64,000 nucleotides of DNA from Candidatus Marinacidobacterales bacterium (GTDB taxonomy: Bacteria; Acidobacteriota; Vicinamibacteria; Marinacidobacterales; DATDRI01): the NCBI GenBank assembly GCA_965226495.1, contig OZ245365.1:1568001-1632000 (forward strand). The letters run 5' to 3'. The translations under genes and the position numbers were made by a program. Positions 38,970-49,005 of the stretch are shown here, piece after piece. Positions within the stretch are counted from its first letter, which is position 1. The number at the start of each line of letters is the position of its first letter. The notes under the pieces were generated by a model. The model saw only the letters and a list, made by a program, of their open reading frames with translations. It made no database searches and was not told the DNA's origin.

Positions 38970-41526
38970 CTAGGGGTTTAGGAGAAGGCGGCTTTCCACG
39001 GCTCCGTCGATCTGTACGCGGTCGAAAAGCAGAGGATGGTTGCGACCCGCTTGCCAGTCTCCGTTCTGGTCGAAATAGTGGGGACTCAAAGGGTGGCCCG
39101 ATGCTCCGGTGGGGACTACAGAGCTGGTTGCATTCCAATTGGCGACGTCCATCACTAAACGCAGGGACGTCCCGGCGGGGGCGGCGAACGGATCGCTGAG
39201 TGAAACCATTGCGTTCGCGATGGTGTAGGTCGAGCCGCCAAAAGGTGAGGGGCCGCGATTGAAAATCCACCCGAGCAGGGGGCTCTGTCCCAGCGGGTGC
39301 TCGAACAAAACACCGTGCAGTGCCGCCCAGTCCCATCCCGAGGGATCTTGGCCTTGCCGAGTGCCCAGGAGTGCGATGGCTTCCGCAAAACTTTGCATGA
39401 AAATCGCGTTGCGATCTTCCACTGCCGGCGTGGTGCGGTTGTCCCACCATTCAGAGTTGGGGTCGTCGACGATCGCATAGATGCCACCCGGATGCCCCAT
39501 TTCGACGAAGTCCAAGAAATCTGAATAGAGGGCGTCTGAAATGTCGTCTTGAAAGGTGTTCGCCAGCAGCCGCGCGTAGAATGCTTGATAGAGCGCGGGA
39601 GCGGCACCCCCTCCCATTCTTCCGTCCCAGGTTCTCAATAAACTCTGTGCGTCGCTCGCATCACCGGGATCTACGTTCAATGCCACCACGTAACGGAGTA
39701 GCGACTCGGTTGAGATGTCGTATCGATCCGCCTGGATGGCTTGGAAGTCGGCGGCTCCCAGCTGGGCACGGGATCCGACGAGCGCCGCGATACGGTTGGC
39801 TCGGAACGGGGCCAGTTGATCCCGGCCCAAGGGATAGTCCGTTTCGTCCAGCACCATCTTGTGGTTTGCTGAAATGATGAAGCCTTCTTCGGGGTTCAGG
39901 ACGCACGGGCTTCAACTCATGCGGGATATAACCTTGCCACTCGAATTGCCCCGACGCACCGTCGACGGGTGTGGTCGTCCAGTCGAAACCCGTTCGAACC
40001 GGCACCTCGCCCGCGGGGAAGAAACCGATGTTGCCTTCGACGTCGGCGTAGACGAAGGCGAGCGCCGGGCTCGTCAATGTCCGAAGCGCCTCGGTGAATT
40101 CGAACCAGCCGCTAGCGCGATTCAACCTTAGCAGAGCGAGCGCACTATCACCGTTCCACGGGGCGTCCCAGCGGAGGGCGAGCATTTGGCCGTTCTGCGG
40201 TTGCTCGGAAACGACCACACCGTGTCGACTATGCTGGATCGGTAGGGTGACGGGAGTCCCTCCTGCCACCGAGATTGTCTCCTGAAAGCTCTGAAAGCTT
40301 TCCCATACATCACCCACCGCGTATTGCCCCGGGTCGGACGGGTTGATCCTCTCGACGTAATGGTCTTGGACGTCCGCATAGAGCGCGGTGACTCCCCAAG
40401 CGATGCGATCGTTGTGTCCGATGATCACCATGGGGAGACCGGGGAGACTTGCTCCCGCCACGTTGAGACCTGCGCCAGAGAGATGAATTTCATACCACGT
40501 CGAGGGAATACCGAGTCGCAAGTGCGGATCGGATGCAAGGAGGGGTGCACCGGTCGTCGAGCGTGCACCTGATACGACCCAAGCATTGCTAGCGCCCGCC
40601 CGCAGAAAGCGATGACCGGAGGGAGCGGACAGAGACGCCAGCTTTCCCAGGCCCTGGCCCGCTTCCGTGTTGTTCGCGCTGTCGGTGGGCGGTGGTGCGA
40701 GTCCGGTTAGGAGGTAAGCCGCTTCGATCCCCACCGTTTCTGTCAGTTGTGAGCGCAATAGTTCGACCGATGCGTTCTCGGAGAGCAGAAGCGACATCCA
40801 TTTAACGATGGCCAGACTGTCGGCCGGTTCCCAGGGGCGCGGTTGGAAACCGAGGATCTGGAACTCCGGCGGAAGGCTGCCCTTTTGTGCGGTCAAGTAC
40901 GCGTTCACCCCCTGCGCGTATGCATCTAGTACGGCACGGGCCTCCGGATCCGTTCGTTCCAGCTCCGTGCGGGCGGCCAGACCCAGGCCGAGCCGACGAA
41001 CTCTACGGTCGAGTGATAGCCCGGGCTCTCCCAGAACTTCGGCCAGCGTTCCCGTGCCCATGCGGCGCGAGAGCTCCATCTGGAACAGACGATCTTGCGC
41101 ATGAACGAAACCGGTGGCGCGGGCAACGTCTTCGACACTGGTCCCGAATATGTGAGGGACGCCGAAAGGATCGCGAAGCACCTCGACGGGAGCGGAAAGA
41201 CCGGTCAGTTTCAGCGAGCCGTCGAGCTGAGGTAGTGATGCTTGGGCACGGTAATACAGGTAGCCACCACTGCCGAAGATAACGAGCACGAGGGTCAAGA
41301 ATAGGATCTTCAGCCACAGCGCCATAGGTCCCCGGGGTTGCTTGGGACGGGGAGGGGCCTTTTTACGGGGTGGCTTTCGTGATGGAAGTGCCGCGGGAGG
41401 GCGCTTCGGCGCGCCCGGTTTGCGAGGTGGCGGAAGCTTTTTCGATCCACCGGGTGGGCGAGGTGGTCGGGGGCCCCGGCCGACGATGCTTCGAGGTCGT
41501 CCGGCAGGTTTCATTCGCGGTCTCAC
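38970..41526 (-). CDS. Penicillin acylase (Ntn hydrolase) family protein; frameshift near 39905
   Basis: RDPFGVPHI, HAQDRLFQM, SNAW nucleophile, DPHL; shifted frame VLNPEEGFIISANHK continues to GASGHPLSPHYFDQ. Confidence 0.88.
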
Positions 41527-42014
41527 TTTGCTTCCTGTCGTACATAGGGTCCGCTTCGTCCACCCGACTTTGAGAGAAGGCGGACGTCGTCGATGACGAC
41601 CGCCCGATCGACCGCTTTCACCATGTCGTAAATCGCAAGCGCGGCGACGGAAACGGCAGTGAGTGCTTCCATCTCGACTCCTGTCTTCGCGTTCGTGCGC
41701 ACGGAGGCCTCGATCTCGAAGCCGGTCCCGATATCTCGAATCTCGATCCCCACGTGCTCCAGCGGAAGCGCATGGCAGAGCGGAATCAACTCCGAAGTCT
41801 TCTTCGCCGCCATGATGCCGGCCAGGCGAGCGGTTTCCTCGACGTTGCCTTTGGCGATTTGCCCGTCTCTCACTTTGTCCATCGCTTCGGGAGATATGCG
41901 GACGGTGCCCGCCGCCACCGCCTCCCGCCGGGAAACGGCTTTATCCCCTACGTCCACCATTCGGACGCTCCCGCTCGGGGAAACGTGGGTTAGCTTGGTT
42001 GTGCGGCGTGCCAT
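41523..42014 (-). CDS. moaC: Cyclic pyranopterin monophosphate synthase
   Basis: MVDV, LIPLCH, TGVEMEAL, YDMVK, KSGG. Confidence 0.97.
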   Translation of the reverse strand: MARRTTKLTHVSPSGSVRMVDVGDKAVSRREAVAAGTVRISPEAMDKVRDGQIAKGNVEETARLAGIMAAKKTSELIPLCHALPLEHVGIEIRDIGTGFEIEASVRTNAKTGVEMEALTAVSVAALAIYDMVKAVDRAVVIDDVRLLSKSGGRSGPYVRQEAK

Positions 42015-42032
42015 CGGTCCTCTCTAGTGCCT

Positions 42033-42171
42033 CAATGCGCGCTCACTCGTCGATAGGTGGCGCGGGGCCCCACCCCCACCCCCACACCGCCGTCCCTTCG
42101 CCGGCATTCGGCTGCGGGACAGCTGACGGCTCTTGGCGCAGGGTGCCGTGCATTCTTCAGCACCCTGCCAG
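42033..42171 (+). repeat. Mosaic intergenic element overlapping the moeA stop
   Basis: GGCGCGGGGCCCCACCCCC; CAGCTGACGGCTC; CAGGGTGC...GCACCCTG hairpin shared with 5667-5716. Confidence 0.8.
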
Positions 42172-43431
42172 GTAAAGAAATCGGTCCAGAGGATACACCT
42201 GGACTGTCTGTCCCGCGGCGAGCCGATCCTCGTCCTCGGGTACGATCAACAACGCGTTTGCTTTAGAGAAAGCGACGATGTCGGCGGACCCGCGTGTCGA
42301 GATCGGATGGGCCGCAATGCCCTCGCCCTCGGGTTCGATCCACCCCGGTAGGAACGCGCGTCGGGCTCCCCTACTCGATAGAGAATCTCGGAGCGTGGCC
42401 GACAGGAGAGGGCGGTGTGGCTCGCTGCAGCCCTCCATCTTGGCCAGAGCGGGACGAACGAAAAGCTCGAACGTCACCATGGTTGATACGGGATTGCCGG
42501 GAAGGCCGAACACCAGTCCGCCGGCGTCGGCCGAGATCCCGAAAACGAGTGGTTTTCCTGGTTTAAGGGCCACACGATCGAAAAGCGTGCGCACGCCGAG
42601 CTCGCCGAGAACGCCCTCCACCAAATCGAAGCGGCCCATCGAGACACCGCCGGACAGCAGGAGCACGTCTGCACGCAGTCCGTCTCGGATCAACTCTCGA
42701 AGCGATTCTTCCGTGTCTTTCGCCACACCTAGATACTGCACCTCCGCTCCGGCGGAGCGTGCCTGGGCGACTAGAGAAAAACCGTTGCTGTTTCGAATCT
42801 TGCCCGGCCCGGGTTTGGAAGCAGGATCGACGAGCTCGTCGCCGGTCGCGATGACGGCGAGGCGAGGGCGACGGCCTACCGATACCTTGACTCTGCCGAC
42901 CGTTGCCGCGACCGCCACCGAGGCCGCATCCAAGCGAGTACCCTTCCAGAGAACGACGTCACCCTCCTTGACTTCATCACCGCGGGGCGCGATGTTTTGC
43001 CCCGAACGTACGGTCTCAATGATCTCGACGAGCTCTCCCTCGAGGCGCGTTTTCTCAACCATCTGTACCGCGTCTGTTCCTTCGGGTACGGGAGCGCCGG
43101 TCATCACTTGAGCGGCCTCGCCACCGTTGACATGGAATGCGGGTGAAGCTCCAGCGGGGACAACACCGACGACGCGAAGCTGGGATGGTGGTGATTTCAC
43201 ATCTGCAGAACGCAGTGCAAAACCGTCTACGGCAGACCGAGGAAAGGGAGGCAGATCGAGATCGGAAACGATGTCTTCGGCAAGCAGGCGCCCCGGCGCG
43301 TCTTGAAAGTCGACGTTTTCCGTCGGAAGCGCGCGCGCGTTGTCGAGAACGATTTCGAGTGCTTTTTGGACGGGGATCAAATGCGGCTCCTGGAGAGCGC
43401 CCATCGTATCCAAACGTGGATCGAGTGTCAA
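42157..43431 (-). CDS. moeA: Molybdopterin molybdenumtransferase
   Basis: SAVDGFA, MTGA, TGDEL, SGGVSMG, KPGKP, LPGNP. Confidence 0.96.
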   Translation of the reverse strand: MTLDPRLDTMGALQEPHLIPVQKALEIVLDNARALPTENVDFQDAPGRLLAEDIVSDLDLPPFPRSAVDGFALRSADVKSPPSQLRVVGVVPAGASPAFHVNGGEAAQVMTGAPVPEGTDAVQMVEKTRLEGELVEIIETVRSGQNIAPRGDEVKEGDVVLWKGTRLDAASVAVAATVGRVKVSVGRRPRLAVIATGDELVDPASKPGPGKIRNSNGFSLVAQARSAGAEVQYLGVAKDTEESLRELIRDGLRADVLLLSGGVSMGRFDLVEGVLGELGVRTLFDRVALKPGKPLVFGISADAGGLVFGLPGNPVSTMVTFELFVRPALAKMEGCSEPHRPLLSATLRDSLSSRGARRAFLPGWIEPEGEGIAAHPISTRGSADIVAFSKANALLIVPEDEDRLAAGQTVQVYPLDRFLYLAGC

Positions 43432-43451
43432 AAAATATCGATGGGTCTCGC

Positions 43452-44489
43452 TCAGCTCAAAAGCCGCTGGATTTTCTCCTCCAGTTCACGGAGTTTCGCC
43501 TTCAACCGAGGGAGGGCTCGCATCTCTGCCAGCGCGCGCAGGACTTCGCCATGGGGGCGGGCGGGATATCCAGAGACCTTGGTCCCAGCTGGAATGTCGC
43601 CGATCACGCCTGCCTGGCCGATGAGGATAGCATCGTCGCCCACCTTCACGTGATCGGCCATGCCGACTTGACCGCCCATCATGACTCGTCTTCCGATGAC
43701 GGTGCTACCGGATATGCCACACTGCGCGGCCATGACCGTATCCTCACCTATCTCGACGTTGTGGCCGATGTGGACTTGATTGTCGAGGCGCACACCGCGT
43801 CGTATCAACGTTCGACCGAAGGTGGCGCGGTCGATCGTTGCGTTGGCGCCAATCTCGACGTCGTCCTCCATGACCACTGTGCCCACGTGACGGATCTTGA
43901 AGAAGTGGCCGTTTCGTCGAGCGAACCCGAAACCGTCGGCGCCAATCACCGCCCCCGGGTGAATGATTACGCGAGAACCGATCGAAGTGCCTTCGCGGAT
44001 CACCACGTTCGGCCATACCGTCACATCTACTCCCAATCGAACTCCCTCACCGACGTACACGCCGGGGTGAAGCACGGTTCTCGCACCGATCGATGCTTCG
44101 GCTCCGATGCAGACGAAGGGGCCGATTGAAACTCCTGCCCCGATCTCCGCAGAGCCCGAGATCTTCGCCTGAGGATCTATTCCGGGGGGAGGCCTCAATT
44201 GATCTGGAGGGTTAAAGAGATCGACGAGTCGATTGATGCTCAGAAACGGATCGGACACCAGGATTTGCGGGATGGCGAGCTCAGGAACGTTGTCGACCGA
44301 GAGGATGGCTCCCGCGCGCGTGTGGGCCAACGCGTCGGCGTACTTAGCGCTGGCAACGAAGCTGACGTCGGTCGGTCCCGCGTCTGCAAGCGAGGCTACC
44401 CCGGTGATTTCGACGCTACCGTTACCGACCAGGTCCCCTCCAACCTGCTTCGCTAACTCGTCGACCCGGAAGGTTCGTCGGTTACTCAA
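43452..44489 (-). CDS. lpxD: UDP-3-O-acylglucosamine N-acyltransferase
   Basis: Hexapeptide repeats, [19 protein letters not shown]. Confidence 0.95.
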   Translation of the reverse strand: MSNRRTFRVDELAKQVGGDLVGNGSVEITGVASLADAGPTDVSFVASAKYADALAHTRAGAILSVDNVPELAIPQILVSDPFLSINRLVDLFNPPDQLRPPPGIDPQAKISGSAEIGAGVSIGPFVCIGAEASIGARTVLHPGVYVGEGVRLGVDVTVWPNVVIREGTSIGSRVIIHPGAVIGADGFGFARRNGHFFKIRHVGTVVMEDDVEIGANATIDRATFGRTLIRRGVRLDNQVHIGHNVEIGEDTVMAAQCGISGSTVIGRRVMMGGQVGMADHVKVGDDAILIGQAGVIGDIPAGTKVSGYPARPHGEVLRALAEMRALPRLKAKLRELEEKIQRLLS

Positions 44490-44637
44490 GGCGTTTTTCT
44501 CTCTCTTGTTGATCGGGCTCGAGCCTCGGGGGCATTTTAGGGAAAGCGAATCTCGAAGTCAAAGAGACGCGGTTCTGGAGTGTAAAGGGTTCTCGGAGAG
44601 CCGTTTGGGAGGACTTCATGGAGATTCTGGGTAGGAG

Positions 44638-46911
44638 CTATTGGAGGTTCTCGAGCTCCTGTTTCGCCATCTCCGCATTGAGGTCATCGGGTGCAAGGAG
44701 AAGGAAAGCCTCCAAGTGAGTCTTACTTTCCTCGGCGGTGCAGTTCGTCTCTCTGGCGCAGAGCACTCCGAAGGTGAGCCGGGCGTCGCTATGCCGCGGC
44801 GCCACTTCGAGAAGCTCTCGCAATACCGCGGTAGCCGTTTCGATGCGTTCGTCGGTGAGGAGGAGCATGGCGAGGTTCCAGAGGACCTCCGGTTGATCTC
44901 GGCGTACCTCGAGAGCTCTTTCGTGTAAGTCGGCCGCGCCTTCGAAGTCGAGCACTTCGTACCGCTCCTGGGCCTTGCTTAGAAGGGCGCTGATTTTCGT
45001 CTCTTCCATGGCGGTCAGCGTTTCTTTCTGCAAGTATGACTTCTCGAGTAGACCAAGCTGACCGTACAGATCGACGAGCGCTCTTCGGGCCTTGAGGTTC
45101 TCCCCATTCAACTCGAGAACGCGCTCGAACTGTCGGGAAGCGTCTGCATCGCGCCCCTGACCGTAGAGAGCTAGCGCAAGGTTGTAAGTAAATTCTTCGT
45201 CTCGAGTTAAGCGAAGCGCCTGGCGGGCGGTGGTCTCCGCGAGGCGGTACATCCCCTTATCGATGTAGAGACGGGAAAGCGCCCTTAACGTTCGGAGCGC
45301 GTCTGGGTCGAGACGGTGCGCCGCCTCGAAGGCTTCCAAGGCTTCTTCTCGCCGCTCGACTCGAAGAAGCAAACTTCCTAACTTCCACAGGGTCGTCGCC
45401 GAGGGAGGATAGCGCTCGTAGTGCTCGAAAAGCTCCTGGATCACCAAAGGCACCGTCGCCGGCGTGTAATCCCACGGCTCCCCGAGAGGATCGAAATAAC
45501 GAAAGGCTAGATCGGTGAGTCGCCCCGAGCCATCCGCTTCTTGCGCGAAGAGAAGGGCGGTGTCGTCGAAGAACAGTAACGTCAGCTCTGGGGTCTCGGC
45601 CAGCTGTGCTTTTTCCCGGCGCGCGAAATCGCGATCGACTAGAACGAATTCAAGATCATGGTGCTCGAGCGTCTCAGTGAGTCGACGCGAAACAGTCTCG
45701 CGCTCGAATGCCTCGAGGGACGTGGAACGCAAGTACGCGAGCGGCGTCAACTCAGAGCCACCCCGCCAGCTGGCAAGTCCGCCTGCGCTTGGAACGTTGA
45801 AGATCGGGCGCTCTAGGCCGTGCTCGGTGATAAAGCTCATCACGGTTTGGAAAGGGTGTTCTTGCGGTGTTGTCGTCGCATTGGGGAACACGAGTACAAG
45901 GCCCACGATGAGGGCGGCCGCAGGGTTTGTGAGTGCCCCGAGCAACCGACGTGGAGTCGGTGGGACTTTCTCTGCGAGTTTGGTTAGGGACCGGCTGCTG
46001 GGTGGCATCGCGACCGCAGCGAAGAACAGGACGAAATGCCTGGAAAAGAGCGAGGAGATCAGAAAAGAGCCCATCGCCAAGGTCTCGAACGGCATCGCGA
46101 GAGGTGGAGCCGCGAGGGCTAGCAGGCCAGTGATCGTGGCCAGCACGAAGAACAATGTGTCTTCTCGAACCGACACCGGGTTCCAGGAGGAGATCCCCGC
46201 TTCTTGCAAGAGTGCTATCTCGGTGAACGGGTTGTCGATGTTCTGCCATCCTTGCGGACTCGCGCTGATGAGTATCGCCGCCACCACCCCTACGCCGATC
46301 AAGATCAGCGGCTCTTGGAAGACCACCCAGCGTTTTTCCGGCTCTGCACCCCGTGCCAGCCTGATCGCACGAATTAGAAACGTGAACATCGCCAGGCCCG
46401 CCAAGGTCAATCCTAGCAACGCATCGCGATTGAGGAAGGACCAGGCGCTCAGAGGAACGAGAAGCAGTAGTAGCCACCACTTGTTCTTTTCTCGGAGTGT
46501 GGTCAAACAGAGGACGACCGTCGATAGGAGCGGCCAAGAAAAGAGGAAGGTGGATAGATCAAGTGTGGTGGCGACTAATGAAACCGCGCCGCACGCGGTT
46601 ACGAATCCACCGCTGCTCGGCCGACAGAGGAACAACAGTAAGGCTCCGCCACCCAGGCAGGCTGCGGCCAGAACGCGCAGACCAAGCTCGCCGCCGAGAC
46701 GATGGACCTGAAAGAGAAGCCAACTTCCCAGCCAACCGCCCGTCTTCTCGGCAATTCCTGGCGAGAGGACCGTGTCGGGTGGTGCAGGCCGGCCGGTAAC
46801 GCTTATCTGACGTCCCTGGGCCAGGTCTAGATAGCCGCCGTCGGCGAATGGTAGGAGAGCGCCTAACCAGCCTCCGAAAAGAACGAGAATTATTGGAAGG
46901 AGGCGGGTCAC
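44638..46911 (-). CDS. Polytopic membrane protein with C-terminal TPR repeats
   Basis: About 10 hydrophobic segments followed by TPR-like helices. Confidence 0.75.
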   Translation of the reverse strand: MTRLLPIILVLFGGWLGALLPFADGGYLDLAQGRQISVTGRPAPPDTVLSPGIAEKTGGWLGSWLLFQVHRLGGELGLRVLAAACLGGGALLLFLCRPSSGGFVTACGAVSLVATTLDLSTFLFSWPLLSTVVLCLTTLREKNKWWLLLLLVPLSAWSFLNRDALLGLTLAGLAMFTFLIRAIRLARGAEPEKRWVVFQEPLILIGVGVVAAILISASPQGWQNIDNPFTEIALLQEAGISSWNPVSVREDTLFFVLATITGLLALAAPPLAMPFETLAMGSFLISSLFSRHFVLFFAAVAMPPSSRSLTKLAEKVPPTPRRLLGALTNPAAALIVGLVLVFPNATTTPQEHPFQTVMSFITEHGLERPIFNVPSAGGLASWRGGSELTPLAYLRSTSLEAFERETVSRRLTETLEHHDLEFVLVDRDFARREKAQLAETPELTLLFFDDTALLFAQEADGSGRLTDLAFRYFDPLGEPWDYTPATVPLVIQELFEHYERYPPSATTLWKLGSLLLRVERREEALEAFEAAHRLDPDALRTLRALSRLYIDKGMYRLAETTARQALRLTRDEEFTYNLALALYGQGRDADASRQFERVLELNGENLKARRALVDLYGQLGLLEKSYLQKETLTAMEETKISALLSKAQERYEVLDFEGAADLHERALEVRRDQPEVLWNLAMLLLTDERIETATAVLRELLEVAPRHSDARLTFGVLCARETNCTAEESKTHLEAFLLLAPDDLNAEMAKQELENLQ

Positions 46912-46939
46912 GAGCTCCTAACGGCCGACGGACCTCCCG

Positions 46940-47330
46940 GCCCGCTAGTCGGCGCGCGCTGAGGGCTTTCATCAGTGGTCTGGGGCCCCACCCCCGCCGC
47001 TCGGCTCACTCCGGTCGAAGCAACCACGTATTTTGGCGGCCGGCAGGGCGCGTGGAGTCTCCTAGCAAGCGACTGCGCGCGGGCTGAGGGTTCGTCAATC
47101 ATCAATGGTCTGGGGCCCCACCCCCAGACCTCGCGCTCCGTCGGCAAGCGACTGCGCGCGGGCTGAGGGCTCGTCAATCATCAATGGTCTGGGGCCCCAC
47201 CCCCAGACCTCGCGCTCCGTCGGCAAGCGACTGCGCGCGGGCTGAGGGCTCGTCAATCATCAATGGTCTGGGGCCCCACCCCCAGACCTCGCGCTCCGTC
47301 GGCAAGCGACTGCGCGCGGGCTGAGGGCTC
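46940..47330 (+). repeat. Tandem array of three 79-bp element units plus one variant unit
   Basis: GGGCTGAGGG at 47081, 47160, 47239, 47318; each unit has CAAT-GGTCTGGGG-CCCCAC-CCCCAGACC. Confidence 0.95.
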
Positions 47331-47371
47331 CTTTTTCAGAACCGACAAGTTCTTACCGGGGGTCTCCGACC

Positions 47372-48637
47372 CTACGGGAACAAGCCCCGGACCTTCGTGG
47401 CTTCGGCGACGCGGCCGACGGCCAAAACGTACGCACCAATGCGATTGTTAACTTTGTGCTTTTCCGCGGACTGACCTACTTCATGAAACGCGCGGATCAT
47501 AATTTTTTCGAGCCGTCGATTCACCTCGTCCTCGTCCCAGAAAAAGCCCTGCAAATCCTGGACCCACTCGAAGTAGGAAACCGTGACGCCGCCGGCGTTC
47601 GCCAAGATGTCGGGGATCACGAAGACACCTTTGTCGTGGAGAATGTCGTCGGCGCCTGGCGTGGTCGGCCCGTTCGCCGCCTCCGCAACGATCTTAGCGT
47701 TGACCGAAGCGGCGTTCTCCAGCGTGATTTGGTTCTCGAGGGCGGCCGGGACCAGAACATCACACTCCAGTTGGAGGATCTCTTGGTTCGTGATGGCGTC
47801 GGCGCCCGGGAAACCTGCGACCGAACCGGTCTCCTGCTTGTGAGCGAGAACCTTCTTGGGGTCGAGCCCATTGGTGTTCAATATGCCAGCGCGGGAATCG
47901 GATACCGCAATGATCTTCGCACCATCTTCGGCTAGCAAGTTTGCGCTGATGTACCCGGCGTTCCCGTAGCCCTGCACTGCCGCGGTGGCACCGGAGAGGT
48001 TGATCCCTTTTTCCCTGCACGCTTCGCGGATGGCAAAGAGACAACCCCGGGCAGTCGCTTCGTGCCGGCCCCGCGATCCGCCTAGCTCGATCGGTTTGCC
48101 GGTGACGACGGCAAGAGTCGAGTGTCCTTGGATCATGCTATAGGTGTCCATGATCCAGGCCATGGTTTGAGCATTCGTGTAAACGTCCGGAGCGGGGATG
48201 TCTCGATCGGGGCCGATAATGATCGAAAGCTCAGCAGCGAAACGCCGCGTCATATTCTCGAGCTCTTGTTGGGACATGTTCTTTGGGTCGCAGATCACTC
48301 CGCCTTTTCCACCGCCGTACGGGACGTTCACGGTGGCGGTCTTCCAGGTCATCCAAGCCGCGAGGGCCTTCACCTCGTCCAAAGTGACGTCGGGATGGTA
48401 TCGGATGCCGCCCTTGGCCGGGCCTCGCGCAACGTTATGTTGCACACGATAGCCTTCGAATACTTTGACTTGACCATTGTCCATCTTCGTGGGAATCGAG
48501 ACGATGAGCTGCCTCTTCGGGCTTCGGAGCACCTCGCGCATCCCCGGGTTCAGATTCAGGATATCGGCCGCGCAGTCGAATTGTTGCGAGGCGATGTGAA
48601 ACGGATTCAGGTCTTCCTTGACTTGGGTGGTGGCCAT
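47372..48637 (-). CDS. gdhA: Glutamate dehydrogenase
   Basis: GPAKGGIR, GGGKGG, PAPD, QGYGN, EAAN, NAGGV. Confidence 0.96.
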   Translation of the reverse strand: MATTQVKEDLNPFHIASQQFDCAADILNLNPGMREVLRSPKRQLIVSIPTKMDNGQVKVFEGYRVQHNVARGPAKGGIRYHPDVTLDEVKALAAWMTWKTATVNVPYGGGKGGVICDPKNMSQQELENMTRRFAAELSIIIGPDRDIPAPDVYTNAQTMAWIMDTYSMIQGHSTLAVVTGKPIELGGSRGRHEATARGCLFAIREACREKGINLSGATAAVQGYGNAGYISANLLAEDGAKIIAVSDSRAGILNTNGLDPKKVLAHKQETGSVAGFPGADAITNQEILQLECDVLVPAALENQITLENAASVNAKIVAEAANGPTTPGADDILHDKGVFVIPDILANAGGVTVSYFEWVQDLQGFFWDEDEVNRRLEKIMIRAFHEVGQSAEKHKVNNRIGAYVLAVGRVAEATKVRGLFP

Positions 48638-48809
48638 TATTCTCCTCCGCGGTGGGTGTCAACTGGCCCTTCGGATGTTATCGGACGTGAGCGGTGACGA
48701 TTCTGGGACCGTTTCGTCCTCGTAGAACGACTGTATGCAAGTTTAGTTCCCGTCCTGCTTTAGCCGGCGGGGTTGGAATCCTGCCTACGGCGGTCGTGAC
48801 GGCCGCGCT

Positions 48810-48838
48810 AATCTAATGGATGTGTGGCTTGCAGTCAA
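48810..48838 (-). promoter_or_regulatory. Sigma70 promoter of gdhA
   Basis: TTGACT-N17-TAGATT on the minus strand. Confidence 0.55.
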
Positions 48839-49005
48839 CCTCTCGGGCCGGTCGGGGGCGGTAATCGCCGGGATTGGGGGGAGTGCCGCAGTTACAGCAC
48901 CCAATGGGCCCGGGGGAGTGCCCGTTTTCGTGGTCCGGCGTGAGGGTCAACAACTTCGCATTTGTTTGCTAAAATAGCTACAGGTCTGAATATAGCCAAG
49001 GACAC

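Noticed and set aside
39857-39910. Two separate genes or programmed frameshift in the penicillin acylase
   Set aside because: No slippery site; a single indel restores a typical protein, so error or recent mutation is more likely
47066-47330. CRISPR array
   Set aside because: Units are near-identical over their whole length, there are no unique spacers, and no cas genes are present
48690-48735. Hammerhead ribozyme (GACGAAAC on minus strand)
   Set aside because: CUGANGA core is absent
48850-48970. tRNA-like GC-rich stretch
   Set aside because: No TTCGA T-arm or cloverleaf found
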